Assembly (NCBI GenBank): GCA_951406725.2
Contig: OX597818.1
Location: 29,698,001 to 29,762,000, forward strand
Reading direction: 5' to 3'
DNA: 64,000 bases
Source: Octopus vulgaris
Lineage: Eukaryota
The notes under the pieces are model-generated. The model ran no database searches, was not told the DNA's origin, and was given only the letters and a program-made list of their open reading frames with translations. The translations under genes and the position numbers were made by a program. Below are positions 27,216-39,416 of the stretch, one piece after another. Positions within the stretch are counted from its first letter, which is position 1, and each line of letters starts with the position of its first letter.

Positions 27216-27481
27216 TATATATAGCTTACAAAATAATTGCTATATTCAACATGTAGGAAATAGTAAATACATGTGAGCTTGAAAGGGGTAGAAGTGTAAA
27301 TAATTTGAAAAAAGACCATGTTATGAAGTGTTACAGGTCTTAGAAATAAGACAATTAAAAAAAAATGAAGATATGCAGTGAGGCAGATCAATGGTGTGAA
27401 AATAATTACACCACTTTTCATTTTTATACCTGTCAGTTATTTCAAGTTGTAGACTGTGTGGATGACATAAAATTAACTTAC

Positions 27482-27601
27482 CAGAAGATTTAGAGTAAAC
27501 AAAGCTTGTTGCCAATGATAATATAATAACAGGATGGCTTTCTGAGCCACGAGCTTCTGCATCTCGTCCAATTCGACCAATCAAATTTACTTGGTTCAAA
27601 C
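27482..27601 (-). CDS. SSBP1: SSBP1 coding exon 3: (C)LNQVNLIGRIGRDAEARGSESHPVIILSLATSFVYSKSS(G)
   Basis: ttttcag acceptor and GTAAGT donor, 120 nt; SSB N-terminal motif LN.V.L.GR.G.D and SLAT. Confidence 0.97.
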
Positions 27602-27786
27602 CTGAAAACAATAAAAAACATTATTCATCAACATATATAATTCTGTAACTCTTAAGATTTATTTCAGTATTGTTTTTAGCAGTTTATTTTCTCTGAATTA
27701 CATTTACAAATGTAATAAAATGAACGTGTTTTAAGTCTAAGCTGCAAACTCAATTCCCACAATTTGGAAGACACTTTTATAGCACA

Positions 27787-28141
27787 CTAGCACTATGACC
27801 CGGCAATGCCGGGTCATTGTGCTAGTGCATGCATATACAGCTGCGTGCATGCGCACATACACGGGTGTACTGTCCAAATCTCTGATCAATCACATACAGC
27901 TAGCTGGCATTCAATTGGTGTATCAAGTTTCAGGCGTTTTGATTGGGTTTTGGATAGAAAATTCACTTCTATTGATTTTTTAATGGCTTTGCAGGGTGAC
28001 TGGGGAAATGTAAAGATGTGCACGACCACCCTTGGATGGTTTTGAATGACCATAGAAAGTGCGAGCCCTCTAACTGAAAAATTGTGGATTTGTATAAAGG
28101 ACACACACACAGACAGACATTTTGCCGTTTATATATAGAGA
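27787..28141 (-). mobile_element. Non-autonomous Helitron-type element (copy 1)
   Basis: Minus strand begins A|TCTCTATATATAAAC and ends in a 41-nt hairpin with CTAG|T. Confidence 0.7.
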
Positions 28142-28699
28142 TATTTATCTAACACAAAATAAATGCATAAAGTATGATTTCTGCTTCAAACTAAGACTGA
28201 AATTTGTTTCTCCACTTTAGCTCACAATCTTTGACTTTCTAGTTTTTGTCATCGTACTTGTGAGATGAAATATCTTTAATATGATAAATCACTTCCTTCC
28301 ATATTTTTCATGGTCCTTTTCCATTGTTGTTATATATCCATATCAATACAGCTGTCTTTTCAATACATATCATCAGTTGTACCAATGATGTCAAGCTCTT
28401 CTGCAGCTCTTGGCATTCTGCTTTACATGTAAGCAAATAAACTAACACAACTAATTTCTGTCTATTCTGTATCTGCACCTCACTATCATGCACAGATTTT
28501 ATATAATAAGCATGGAAAAATGAACAACAATGATCATAATAATCAAATGGTCACAGAAATTAGGTTAAAAATAAATACATAATTTAAAGATCCATACTTT
28601 TTTATTGATATCAATCATTCAGCTGTGATCTTTAGAACAGTTTTGAAATTTTATCAGGAGCATGCAATACCAATTTACAAATTTCAGAATGTAACTTAC

Positions 28700-28781
28700 A
28701 TTTTTCAAACTTTAGAAGAGATGTAGCATCATCAGCACACCGAGCTACAGGGATACCTATGTACTTTGTATGGCGTAGCAA
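28700..28781 (-). CDS. SSBP1: SSBP1 coding exon 2: LLRHTKYIGIPVARCADDATSLLKFEK (presequence region)
   Basis: ttttgtag acceptor and GTAAGT donor, 82 nt; phase 0 in and phase 1 out, joining exons 1 and 3 in frame. Confidence 0.88.
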
Positions 28782-28978
28782 CTACAAAATATCAAGATAA
28801 CATCATTTAATGTCTGTATTCCATGCTGCATGGGTTGCACACATTTACAATAAAAAGAAATTACAGAATACAGTACAGAAATGCAGCAGATACCAATTAA
28901 TCTGTTGAGTTCCTTTATAGAATCATTGAGTTTAGAATGGACAAAAATAACTGAAGTTCTTAATACTCTATTCATTTA

Positions 28979-29353
28979 CTAGCACTATGACCTGGCAACA
29001 CCGGGTCATAGTGCTAGTGCATGCATATACAGCTGCGTGCGTGTGCACATACATGCGAGTACTGTCTAAATCTCCAACCAATCACATACAGCTAGCTGGC
29101 ATTCAATTGGCATATCAAGTTTTGGGCATTTTGATTGGGTTTTGGAGAGAAAATTCACTTCTATTGATTTTTTAATGACTTTGCGGGGTGACTGGGGAAA
29201 CGTAAAGATGTACACAACCACCCTTGGATGGTTTTGAATGACCATAGAAAGTGTGAGCCCTCTAACTGAAAAATTGTGGATTTGTATAAAGGACACGCAC
29301 AGACATTTTGCCGTGGAAAACGGACGCTAAATGATGATGATGATATAGAGAGA
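28979..29353 (-). mobile_element. Non-autonomous Helitron-type element (copy 2), interrupted near its 5' end by an RTE tail
   Basis: Closely similar to 27787-28141; ggaaaacggacgctaaa(tga)n is inserted at about 29315-29343. Confidence 0.7.
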
Positions 29354-32300
29354 TTAGAATGAAATTTCCAGTTTTAAAAAATCAATATCAAAATGTAAAA
29401 TTTTATGTCTGTCATAGAAGAGAAGTTGTGAGTTCAAATTCTTTATGTTGCAATGTAGATGTCTTAAATTGTATGCAGAGACCACTGATACAGAAAAAAG
29501 AAAATAATTTCCTGGAAAGATAAACAGACTGAGCCGAAAATTTTCCCTACAATGACAATGAAAATTTAATATGATAGCAAAATGAATATGAAACTGACCA
29601 AAACTTGTAATATTTTCAATATTCCTAAGGTTATGAAAAGATTTCTGATTTTAAAAGTAACACTTCTAATATTATCAATCCTACTACAATTCTAATTTAT
29701 TGATGATTTGCTTTGAATATCCTTTCTACTATAGGCACAAGGCCTGACATTTTTGGAGAGGGGACCAGTTGATTACATCGATCTCGAAAGGATGAAAGGT
29801 AAAGTCAATCCCGGCAGCATTTGAACTCAGAACGTGATAACAAACAAAATACCGCTAAGCATTTTGCCCAGCATGCTAACAATTCTGCCAGCTCGCTGCC
29901 TTTTTATTTCCAATATGGTACAAGAATTTTCACTTCTTCTACCTAAGACAGGAATATAAGGTTCATAACAGACTGAAACAATTTATGTGGCTAGATTCTT
30001 CTAACAAACTTCTTGATCACAATTAAAGTAGCATCAGTCACATTCTCAAAACCTGTCCAGTTAGTAATCTGTGATTGTAAATGAATTTCATAAGAAGACT
30101 AGTAATAAAATAAGCCATTTTGTTTAATAGCTTCATACTTTATGGATAAGATAACCCAGGTAACAAAAATCAATGACACTGTAACTAGACTGAACAGGCC
30201 ACTAGATGTTTGGTATCCAGAATATCATGTAATGGATATATATTTGCAAAAGAACTCTATCTACATTTTAATAAATGTCAGAACAGAATTAGCCTTTTGG
30301 AACCTCTTAGATGACCAGATGTTTGATCACTGTTACTTGTTGATTTCCTTATCTCTAAATTTAACTTCTTTTAGGTATCAAAAGTTTAGAAATTATATAA
30401 AAAAAATCCTCAAGCATGGCTGTGTGGTTAAGAAGCTCACTTTGCAACCATCTGATTTTGGGTTCAGTCCCACTGTGCAGCACCTGGGGCAAGTAACTAC
30501 TCTAGCTCAAGGCTGACCAAAGTGTTGAGAGTGAATTTAGTAGACAGAAGCTGTATAGAAGCCTGTCATGTGTGTGTGTGCATATCTATATGCAGAAATA
30601 GTAATTTCGGTCTGTTTGTGGCTGTGTGTGTTTGTTAATTTGTTACTTTAACTCCTCTGAGACTATCCAACCGATCTTGATGAAACTTTACTAGTGTGTG
30701 AAGCTTATGCCTATGCAGTCACTTACGCACTTGGAACTTTGAAAAAAAAATCGATTATTTTTAATCAGCGTCGTTTTTTTCAAAAATCAATAGGATATTT
30801 CAATGCAAATTCTCATATGAATGTTATTTTCTGTCATAACCTTTAAAGTTTTCAACTGATTACCTTGAAATTTTATGCACAGATGGAATCCTAACATTAA
30901 GATTGCATTTAGCCTAAAGATATCTAATGTATGGAAACTTAATTGAAATACTTGTAGTGAGTTAACAAAATTTTATCCATTAAAATTACACCCATACTGC
31001 TAAAAACAATTATTATTTACATGTCTAATTCTGGTTGAGACCCCACCACACCCCCGAATAACACCTGACTTCATCAGCGAAGCATGGTCTACCTGTGATT
31101 GTCAGATTTTGAAATAATAAAACCTTAGTTAAAACAAACCAACAGATGAGCCGAAAACCTCGTGAGATATCCCTACTTGTGCTTCTATACTTCCTTATAT
31201 ATTTCGCTATTTAAATCTAAAATGATAAGGCAATTCATCGTTAAATTTGTCGAAAGCTGTTTTTTGGTTTAATTTGTAATTTACTTTCCATTATTGTTGT
31301 TGCTTTATACATTCTGCTTACACCAATTGTTACCCAAGCAAGACGAACAGTCAAAACTTAAGTTGGAGTCTTGCTCGAATCTTTACAAAACTAATGGATC
31401 AAGATAATCCGATTTGTATAAAATATCTAGTTTTTGATCGTCAATAAAAGAAGTCTGCGAAGTATTCTAGTTGATTTACAAATCTTAATGTACTGTCAGC
31501 AATTATTTCACGAAAACCGGAAATTTATAACTATTTTCTGAAGCGTCCTCATCCAGAGTGTCGAAAATTTTACCGAAATTTTCTTCGAACTAGAACTATT
31601 TCGAGTCTTCCAAATGTTTGCCTCACCTCACAAAGAACAATCTCAGATCCCCAAACACATTATTAGGGCAAGAAATAATGAAACGATTCGATAGTAACAC
31701 AAAGTAATAATAAAAAAAACCCCCAGTAACTGCAATCCTAACGTATCAAAAATACACACAACATATGGTCGTGAAGATATTAAGGCACTTTGGGCAGTTG
31801 TCATTATAGAGTTATGTCCCTTATGTCATTAACTTGTAATAAATGTATATAAACAATTCTGTACATGTGTGTATGTTTTATATTTATTAATGAGATTGAA
31901 GTAATTGACGCAGATAAACAGAAATATGCTTTGGCGAAAGTTAATTATTTTTTAAAAACTTTTTTTTAAGACAGGTGTATATCAGTGTCTATAAATTCTT
32001 CTTTAACTTGTTGCTTAACATTTATTCATAATGTTAATGTTTTCGATATAGAAAAATAATTCATCTACGACTCCGCAGCAGTACTCAATAAGATAAATAT
32101 ATACACAAGAAGCACTGTAAAGGTAAACATCCAGAAAAAAAAAGAGAGTCCGTGACTCAGCTTTTAAACTTTTAGTTATAACAATATTAATTCATTTATG
32201 CAATGTCACTAAAAAAAAGGTAGGAATATCGCTGATTCATTTCTTTTTATCTACAAATCCCAGGTTTGTGATTGTTAAACATCAATAAATGCATAAAAGT

Positions 32301-32553
32301 TTATAGGAGTAGTTGAAAACAACGGTTGCAAAGATAAAATCACAAACTTTCTTTTGTATGTGTGAAATATATATCAACAAATACACGAACCTATCCTATT
32401 ACAAAACCGAATCATATAGGAGGCTTCACGCGAATACTCGATTTGTTACAAGTAGCAACCGAATCTTCTTCAAGAATACACAGTCTGAAACAAAACGAGA
32501 TAGTCATGGCTGGAACGCCTTTGCTCAGTAGGCTCTAACAACAATACACTAAC

Positions 32554-32577
32554 CTGAGTTAAGTTGCGAGTGAACAT
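32554..32577 (-). CDS. SSBP1: SSBP1 coding exon 1: MFTRNLTQ
   Basis: ATG at 32577 and CAG|GTTAGT donor; 8 codons, phase 0, paralleling vertebrate MFRRPVLQ. Total CDS 462 nt, 153 aa. Confidence 0.85.
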
Positions 32578-32920
32578 ATTTGCCGCGTAATATAACAGAA
32601 TTAGAAGGTTGGCGGGATAAGAGAATGAAAGAAGGTTTTAATGAGGGCACGTGTTGACATGCAGGAAGTGTTATCAGAATAGCAACAGCTTCGAAACAAA
32701 CAATAAAATATTTCAAGAAAAGTAATAAAAAAAATTGGGGGAATTTCCAAATTTGACAAAAAAGAAAAAAATAATAAGGTAGTTAATGAAGTTAACAGCC
32801 TTCTATCTTAAAGCTATTAATCTTTCTATATAGTTTTGCTTCTTGTAACAACTGCGATAAGTACAATGGTATGAGAAGTATCGGCATCAATTGCGCGGTT
32901 TTCGTTTCTAATTTCGGTAT
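32578..32920. promoter_or_regulatory. SSBP1 5' UTR/promoter region, possibly bidirectional
   Basis: Immediately upstream of the ATG. CpG visibly more frequent over about 31-34.4 kb. E-box CACGTG near 32648, ETS-like CAGGAAGTG near 32662, TTGGCGGGA (E2F-like) near 32609. Confidence 0.5.
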
Positions 32921-35900
32921 TTCCTCTCAGTTCGTCATAATGAAGGAAAAAAAAACTACTTGTTTGGAATGAATGGAAAAAAACTAGTCAGTTTTGAAGT
33001 TGAATTGTTCTGTATTTCTAAAAATTATGCCTTACTTTATCTGAATAAGCTTTTTAGAAGCGTGTTTCGATTCTCGATTGTTGCAACTTCATTTCAAATT
33101 CACCAGACTATTTTTTTTGTCTTTCAATCTTAGGTTTTCTTTCCCCTAAACCTATCTACCCATGTGAAAATTATTGCCAAGCAACAATGTTTCATTGTGT
33201 TTATTCAAAGATGTTTACTGGTCTGATTAGATATATAATATGTATATGCTGTTGGTAAAACAATTGTTTTACCTTATAAGGCTACCCAAGATGAAATTAA
33301 GATTTTCCCAAATTATGTTAGAAGATTCCAAATAAATCATTCGTTTTAGTTGATACATATCACAATTATCCAGTTAACTGTGAATCTATAATTCTGGGAA
33401 GATTTTGTGCTAGAAGATCGACATGAAGTTAAGTTCCCAATTAACTGTTATGCACATACACAGATGTATATGCTGTAGGAGTCCCAAGTTGTTATATAGC
33501 GAGTTGGAAAAACTTAATAGAGATTATCCAAGCGAGTATTATGTAGACCTACATATAACCTTTTTTTTTATGCATAACTTTTATTTTTCAGAAGCATGTA
33601 TATATGTGCGTGTGTAAGTAAAGGGCCTGCAAATGTCATGGGCACATTCTCTTCCTCTCGACTGAAATTATTAAAATGCAAATGAAAATTGAACACCATT
33701 ATAAAATAACTAGTTAATGCTGAAGCATTATTGATTACGTCCGCTTAATTGAGTTAAATTGTGTCTTGACAAAAATACTATTTCGTATAATTTGAAATCA
33801 TGAGACGGAAATAATTTCTTCACTATCCTGACTATACTGATGTGTTTTTTCTTTTGCTGAATACAATACTTTAATGGATGATAGTTAAGTTGTAATATTT
33901 AACCCCTCCCCCAGTGACAGGGTACCAAGAGGTACCCTACACATTCAGGCCAGCCAAGACTTGTGAATGAAAATGAATATGTGAGAATTATGCAATAGCC
34001 TATTTGTACGGACTGTACGGGGTTTTTAACTGAAGTCGTGGTTCGGTTTAGCACACCTTCGTGTGTTTTTTTTTTGTACCTTTAATACAGTCCACTCTGT
34101 TGCAAGCACTTAGAGAAGGGCTTCGATTTGTGAATAACTCGCCCCATTTCCCAACAGTCTCAGAAATCTTCAAAGGTTATGGTATCTACTTCTTCCTCTG
34201 ACTAAGCCTTATAATATATACATACAAACGTGCGAGAAAATTTGGGTGTGTGCGCTGGCATTCTTGAATGTAAGGAATGGGCACTAATAGAAAAAACATT
34301 TAAGTCATATCGAACGAAAATTTAGAGCTCATCCCGTTTCTCGGAAAGAAATCTCGCGGTTTTGATGTCTTAGAATCTTTAGCTTTGTAAATGATAAAGG
34401 TTAAATTTTCATTTTTCCAATCGTTTATGTGTTTTTACTATTTAAGTCCATTAATAATGATGGAAAAGTAATTCAGAAAGGAAGGTACCTGTTTTTTTTA
34501 ATATATATACAGATATGAAAAGTTAGAATTTTTCTAAGAAAATGGTAGAACATTGTCTACCTAGATTTTTGTGTAATTGTCTCGCACTGGAGAGTTTGAT
34601 CGTCTAGCGCTAGACATTTACCAAAATTCTTGTTAGTAAAATAATTTTTTTTTTTCTTAAGGATTACGAAACAATTTTCTTTTACTCCATTCACACTCAG
34701 AAATCTAAAAATTTCATTTTGGACAAAATTGGATTTTGTTCTTTCCAAAGATATTTACAGCCTAGTTGCTTTCATCATTTAATTTTTCCATTTGGTTCTT
34801 ACCATCTTCTCTTTCAAAGTTAGCTTAACTATGTCATGAACCAGTGTGAAGTTTTTGGCATATTTTCAAATCATTACTAAACAGTAACACATCAGTATCT
34901 CACAATCATAACGCATCAAAACATGTTTCCATAAACAGATTTCATTTGAATAGTTGTTTTCTGACTAGTTGTGATGGATGCATTTATGCATACATAATTC
35001 ACACATCACATCAAGTTCTACATGTACATACATACCTAGCTCATATTCCTGTTATTCTTATAAGCTTGGCCCTTCATAGATCTCAACATTCTCAGAAAAA
35101 TTTTGTGTGAGATTGTTTGAGTTACTTTTCTCATTCAAACTGACTTCATCATGTCATTTAAATTAAGAATACTTTTCTATACAACAAAGTTTATTTGTAA
35201 GTGGTGCATAACTTTTTTTAGTATTAGTTGGTGATACTATAAATTTTTAATGCATACAAAGTCTTTTTATTTTTGCACCTCATTTTAATTTTGTCTTTAA
35301 TTCTTTTCACTTGCTTTCTTACTGTTTCAGCTGTTTTATGCATTTATAGAGAAGTTGGTATTATGAATGCCACCTAAATTTCACATAATTTTCTTTATAT
35401 TAATTTATCTTTGGTCTCATACCCTTCACTGTATGGAAATAAACAATCAGTAGCAAGCATATTAATTTTCAATAAATTAACAGTTCCATATTTTTTTAGT
35501 CTCACTTGTGTTCTTTTGGTTAACAAATATCTTTATTTGTTTATAATTATCAAGTATTTCTTTTGCAGCTGGGTCATGAAATATTTGCCCTTTCATTTAG
35601 TTAAAAAATATAGAGAAAATTAACTGAATCTGTTTAATCTTGATTAATGAATAGAAATAGGAACACTTAGAATATTATGTGTGTATGTCTATATATGTAT
35701 TCATGTGTGTTTATTTATGTCTGTCTGTGTATATATAATTTATCTGCAATGTATACACAAAGTTGTTGGAATTTTATTCTATTTCACAGCTTTAGCAATG
35801 AGCTCATCAGTGAATTTTATATTCTCTAAAACAAGAATTGTAGTCATAACTTACATTATTATGATCAATAATATCTTATGTTGTTAATGATTGATGGTAG

Positions 35901-36058
35901 AATTATTCTTTTCTTGTACAGTAATAAGATAATTCAATTTTATTCTTAACATTTGTGGGTTCATTTTTTTCATGCTAACTTCAGTGAACTTACGCATGTT
36001 TCTAATTTATTTGAATTTGCAAATGTTAACCAACCAGCTTTAGAGTTTGAATTGTAAC

Positions 36059-36121
<63 letters not shown>

Positions 36122-36259
36122 TTACAATTAAAATTGAAGTGTTTAGATATGAAATTTTAAAATCTAGCATCCAAACCTTATTTTGAGTATGTCCCTAGCA
36201 GTGTGTCATTCACCATTTGCAGCTACCACTGATGAGACTGCCTTTACCACGGATGACAC

Positions 36260-36314
<55 letters not shown>

Positions 36315-36356
36315 ATTTAAATGCAAGAAGATGGAATGAACAAGCTTTATTACAAA

Positions 36357-36471
36357 TCACTACAATTGTTTCAGCACATCATTACCAGCTGGTAATTACT
36401 GAATGTTACATATATTATACACATTTTTGCATTAATATGACTCAACAATATACATGCATATCTTCAGGTGA
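36357..36471 (-). ncRNA. Type-I hammerhead ribozyme motif
   Basis: Minus strand reads TCAC-CTGAAGA-TAT-GCATGT...ATGTGC-T-GAAA-CAATTG-TA-GTGA; stem I TCAC/GTGA, palindromic stem III ACAATTGT, GUA cleavage triplet. Confidence 0.65.
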
Positions 36472-36642
36472 GTAGGGTCCAAAGCATGTACTAATGCCCA
36501 TTTTTTCCACCATCAGGGTTTTATATGCCCTATAGTTACTATATGATGAAAACTTATAATCATATTTACAAAATTTTCACTTGTCACCATTTCTTAACTT
36601 ACACAGAATATGCACATGCTTACACACCTACCACTATGAAGT

Positions 36643-37580
36643 CATCTATTATGTAAAAGTCAATGTCTGTGTGTGTTCTTGTGTTATAGACTTGAAAGCT
36701 ACTGGACTGATCCTAATGAAATTTGGAACACAAAATCCAAGCCTAGGGAGAAGGGTAATGCCGTATGTTTCATACAATTTTAAGGAGGCAGAAAGGGGGA
36801 GAACCCCACCCCCGTGAAAATTCATATGCTTCGGATTTTGATGAAATTTAAACCATAGGTATTAAAAATAAATTTTAAAATATACCCAAAATTTCCATTT
36901 CTTTGGATGATTCTAAGACCCCCTAATGGGAGCTTAACCCCCAAATTTTAGTAATTTTTCATGGATCAAAATTACTGAATGTATCCTTATGATATCTAGA
37001 ACTAAGATTCTATGCATAAAGGTGGGTATAATGCAGTATGTTTGGTTTGAATTTGATGAAATTTCAACCATAGGTAATTGACACAAATCAAGAAGTATTC
37101 CCAAAGTTTTCACTTCTTATGAGGATTCTAAGACCCTCTAATAGGAGCCTTAACTCCCAAATTTTAGTCATTTTTTTTATGAACTGAAACAAGGTCAAAA
37201 GTACTGAATGGATCTTTATGAAATTTGGAAATTATATTCTATGCATAAGAGCGGATGTAATGCAGTATATGTCTGAAAGTGAGGGGGCATAAATGAGGCC
37301 ATAACTTTCATGAAAATTCATATATTTTTGCTGTTGATGAGATTTTAACCATGGATATTTGACACAAATGAAGTAATATTCCTAAAATTTCAACTTCTTA
37401 GGAGGTTAGTAAGACCCCTTATTGGGGGCTTAACCCCTACGATTTAATCATTTTTCCTAAGCCAAGATGAATACAATTGTAGTCTTAGATTTTAGAAAAA
37501 TCTATTGCCCTATGCATTGGAAGTAGCCGTTATGGTCTTAAAATTAATCTGGTGCATAGGGAGTGCAGCTACATTCTAGC
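36643..37580 (+). mobile_element. Helitron-like non-autonomous element with internal diverged repeats
   Basis: 5' atctattatgtaaaag..gtctgtgtgtg; three diverged blocks gatgaaattt..accat...ttctaagacccc..t.ggagcttaaccc at about 36840, 37055 and 37335. Similar 5' ends at 30585 and 57563. Confidence 0.45.
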
Positions 37581-37964
37581 TCAAACATCATAGGTGTAGG
37601 TGCTTAGAGCTTATAGGACTACTACCTCCAATAAAGTAGTATTCGTTATTCCACTCATCATTCACTGCATTTTCTACTCTTTCACTAAATCATTCAACTA
37701 TTGATCTCATGATGTCATAGTTTCTTTCACAATCTTTTACAAGTCAGCCTAGGCTAATTCTAAGAAATTACGATAATGACACACACTCGCACCCACTCTC
37801 TTTCTCACCCCATGTAAGGAGATGATGCTATCATTGCACCTTGTATGGTGTAATGTAGGCATTATCTAAGGGTCTTTGCAGCGTCCCTTCGGCCCCAAGC
37901 TACAACTACAATTGTTCTACTACTATCCCTCCATTTATCTGCCTTCTTCATGCTTGCTCTCCAC

Positions 37965-39105
37965 TCTCTTGGATTTATTCAGCATTATTCCTTCTCTTTG
38001 GATATTTGCCATTGAGAGGTTTTTTTTGTCATTTATCAGTCAGAATATCTAAGGCAGCAGTTTTAGCACGAGTTTTCATGTGCTTAACTTTTTCTGCGCT
38101 TGTTTCTCATGTCTAATTCCGGAATTTGTTGTATTTGGAATTCACTTAGATATTCTTTTGCTTGTTTTGTTACTGAGTATGATGCTTTCTTGTTTTCATG
38201 TTTTAAGACAAGTTTTAACATCCAGTCCTCAGAGTTTTTCAGGTAGGTGTCTAGGCCAATTGTGGTAATCTTCATTGTTAATGCCAGTTGTAAAAGTCCC
38301 CGGCCTCCCTCTTTTCTTGGCAGATAAAGTCGTTCTGCATTGTCAACACTTTACATAGTTTTCTGTCAAGATTACATATTTCAGTAATTGACCAGTTAAT
38401 GATATTGAAACTGTAAGTCGTGACTGGTATGGCTAAAGCATTGATTGCTTCAATCCTGTTTCTTGCATTCAGCTCTGTCATAAGTATTGCTCTCACTCTG
38501 CAATATCATTCTCTCCTGATCCTTACTTTCATCACTGAATGCCTGATTCCATCCCCTTCAATTACCCCTAGGTATTTGTAGCTCTCTGCTGGTTCTAACT
38601 CTTTTATGACATTCTGCTGGTCAAGGTTAACGTTAGCTGTTTCTGTCATTTTTCCTTTGATAAAGGTAGCATTTGCACATTTATCGAGGCCAAATTGCAT
38701 TCTGATGTCATCACTGAATTGTTTAACAATCGCTAGTAAGCCCTTGAGTTGTTGGTCATTTTTTGCAAAGAAATGAGATGTTTTATATTTTTATCAAACA
38801 TTTTATAACCGTACTGTGCATCATTGAGCAATTTTGAGAGAGGTATTAAGGCTAGTCAAAAGAGGAGTGGTGATAGTGAGTCACCCTGGAAAATGCCACA
38901 TGAAATTTTTACATCTCCAGCATTTAGAGATTCATTGTCACTGTTCAAAGTCAGTGTGGTTCTCCATGATCTCATACTTACAGACAAAAAGTTTCGCAGA
39001 GTAGGTGCTCTTTTATACATTTCCAGACATTTCTTAATCCAGCTATGTAGTAGGCTATCAAAAGCTTTTTTATAGTCTATCCAGGCTATTGACAAGTTTT
39101 TGTGT
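37965..39105 (-). mobile_element. R4/Dong-like non-LTR retrotransposon RT remnant
   Basis: IAWIDYKKAFDS, GIFQGDSLSPLLF, DDIRMQFGLDKCA, YKYLGV and NRIEAINALAIPV..YSF; abuts an (ATT)n tract. Confidence 0.75.
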
Positions 39106-39111
39106 CATTAT

Positions 39112-39416
39112 CATTATTATTATTCAGGTCACTGCCTGGAATCAAACTCGGGCATATGGTGTAGTGGTTAAGAGAGCGGGCTACTAACACCAAGATTCCG
39201 AGTTCGATTCCAGGCAGTGACCTGAATAATAATAATAATAATAACATCGAAAAATACCTTAGGAATGAGAACTCAGGTTCAAAATTTCCCCAAGACACCT
39301 AATGAAGGCTGGAGAGTATATCAGCTGAAACATGTTAACAACAAACAAGATGAGGACAAATATCTGTCAAATGTAAATAATGTATATAATTCCTCATCTC
39401 TTAAATATAGAACTGC
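39112..39416 (+). mobile_element. tRNA-headed short element with (AAT)n spacer, degenerate hammerhead motif and inverted 5' duplication
   Basis: A box TGGTGTAGTGG at 39157 and B box GTTCGATTCC at about 39202. GACAC-CTAATGA-AGGCTG...CAGCT-GAAACATGTT at 39294-39336. 39112-39151 is the inverse of 39198-39235. Second, headless copy at 18375-18575. Confidence 0.7.

Noticed and set aside
29599-29624. 26-nt AG/GT-bounded segment as an extra SSBP1 exon (also a donor near 31626)
   Set aside because: Phases do not fit exons 1-2, which already join in frame; could only be non-coding or alternative.
30142-30516. 124-aa plus-strand ORF
   Set aside because: Antisense within SSBP1 intron 1, runs into a SINE, and has no recognisable domain.
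31020-31080. Minus-strand CTGATGA as a hammerhead core
   Set aside because: No properly placed GAAA or stem I partner.
39150-39222. Functional tRNA gene
   Set aside because: Anticodon stem pairs poorly, the 5' acceptor strand is truncated and there is no T-run terminator; it is the head of a repeat.
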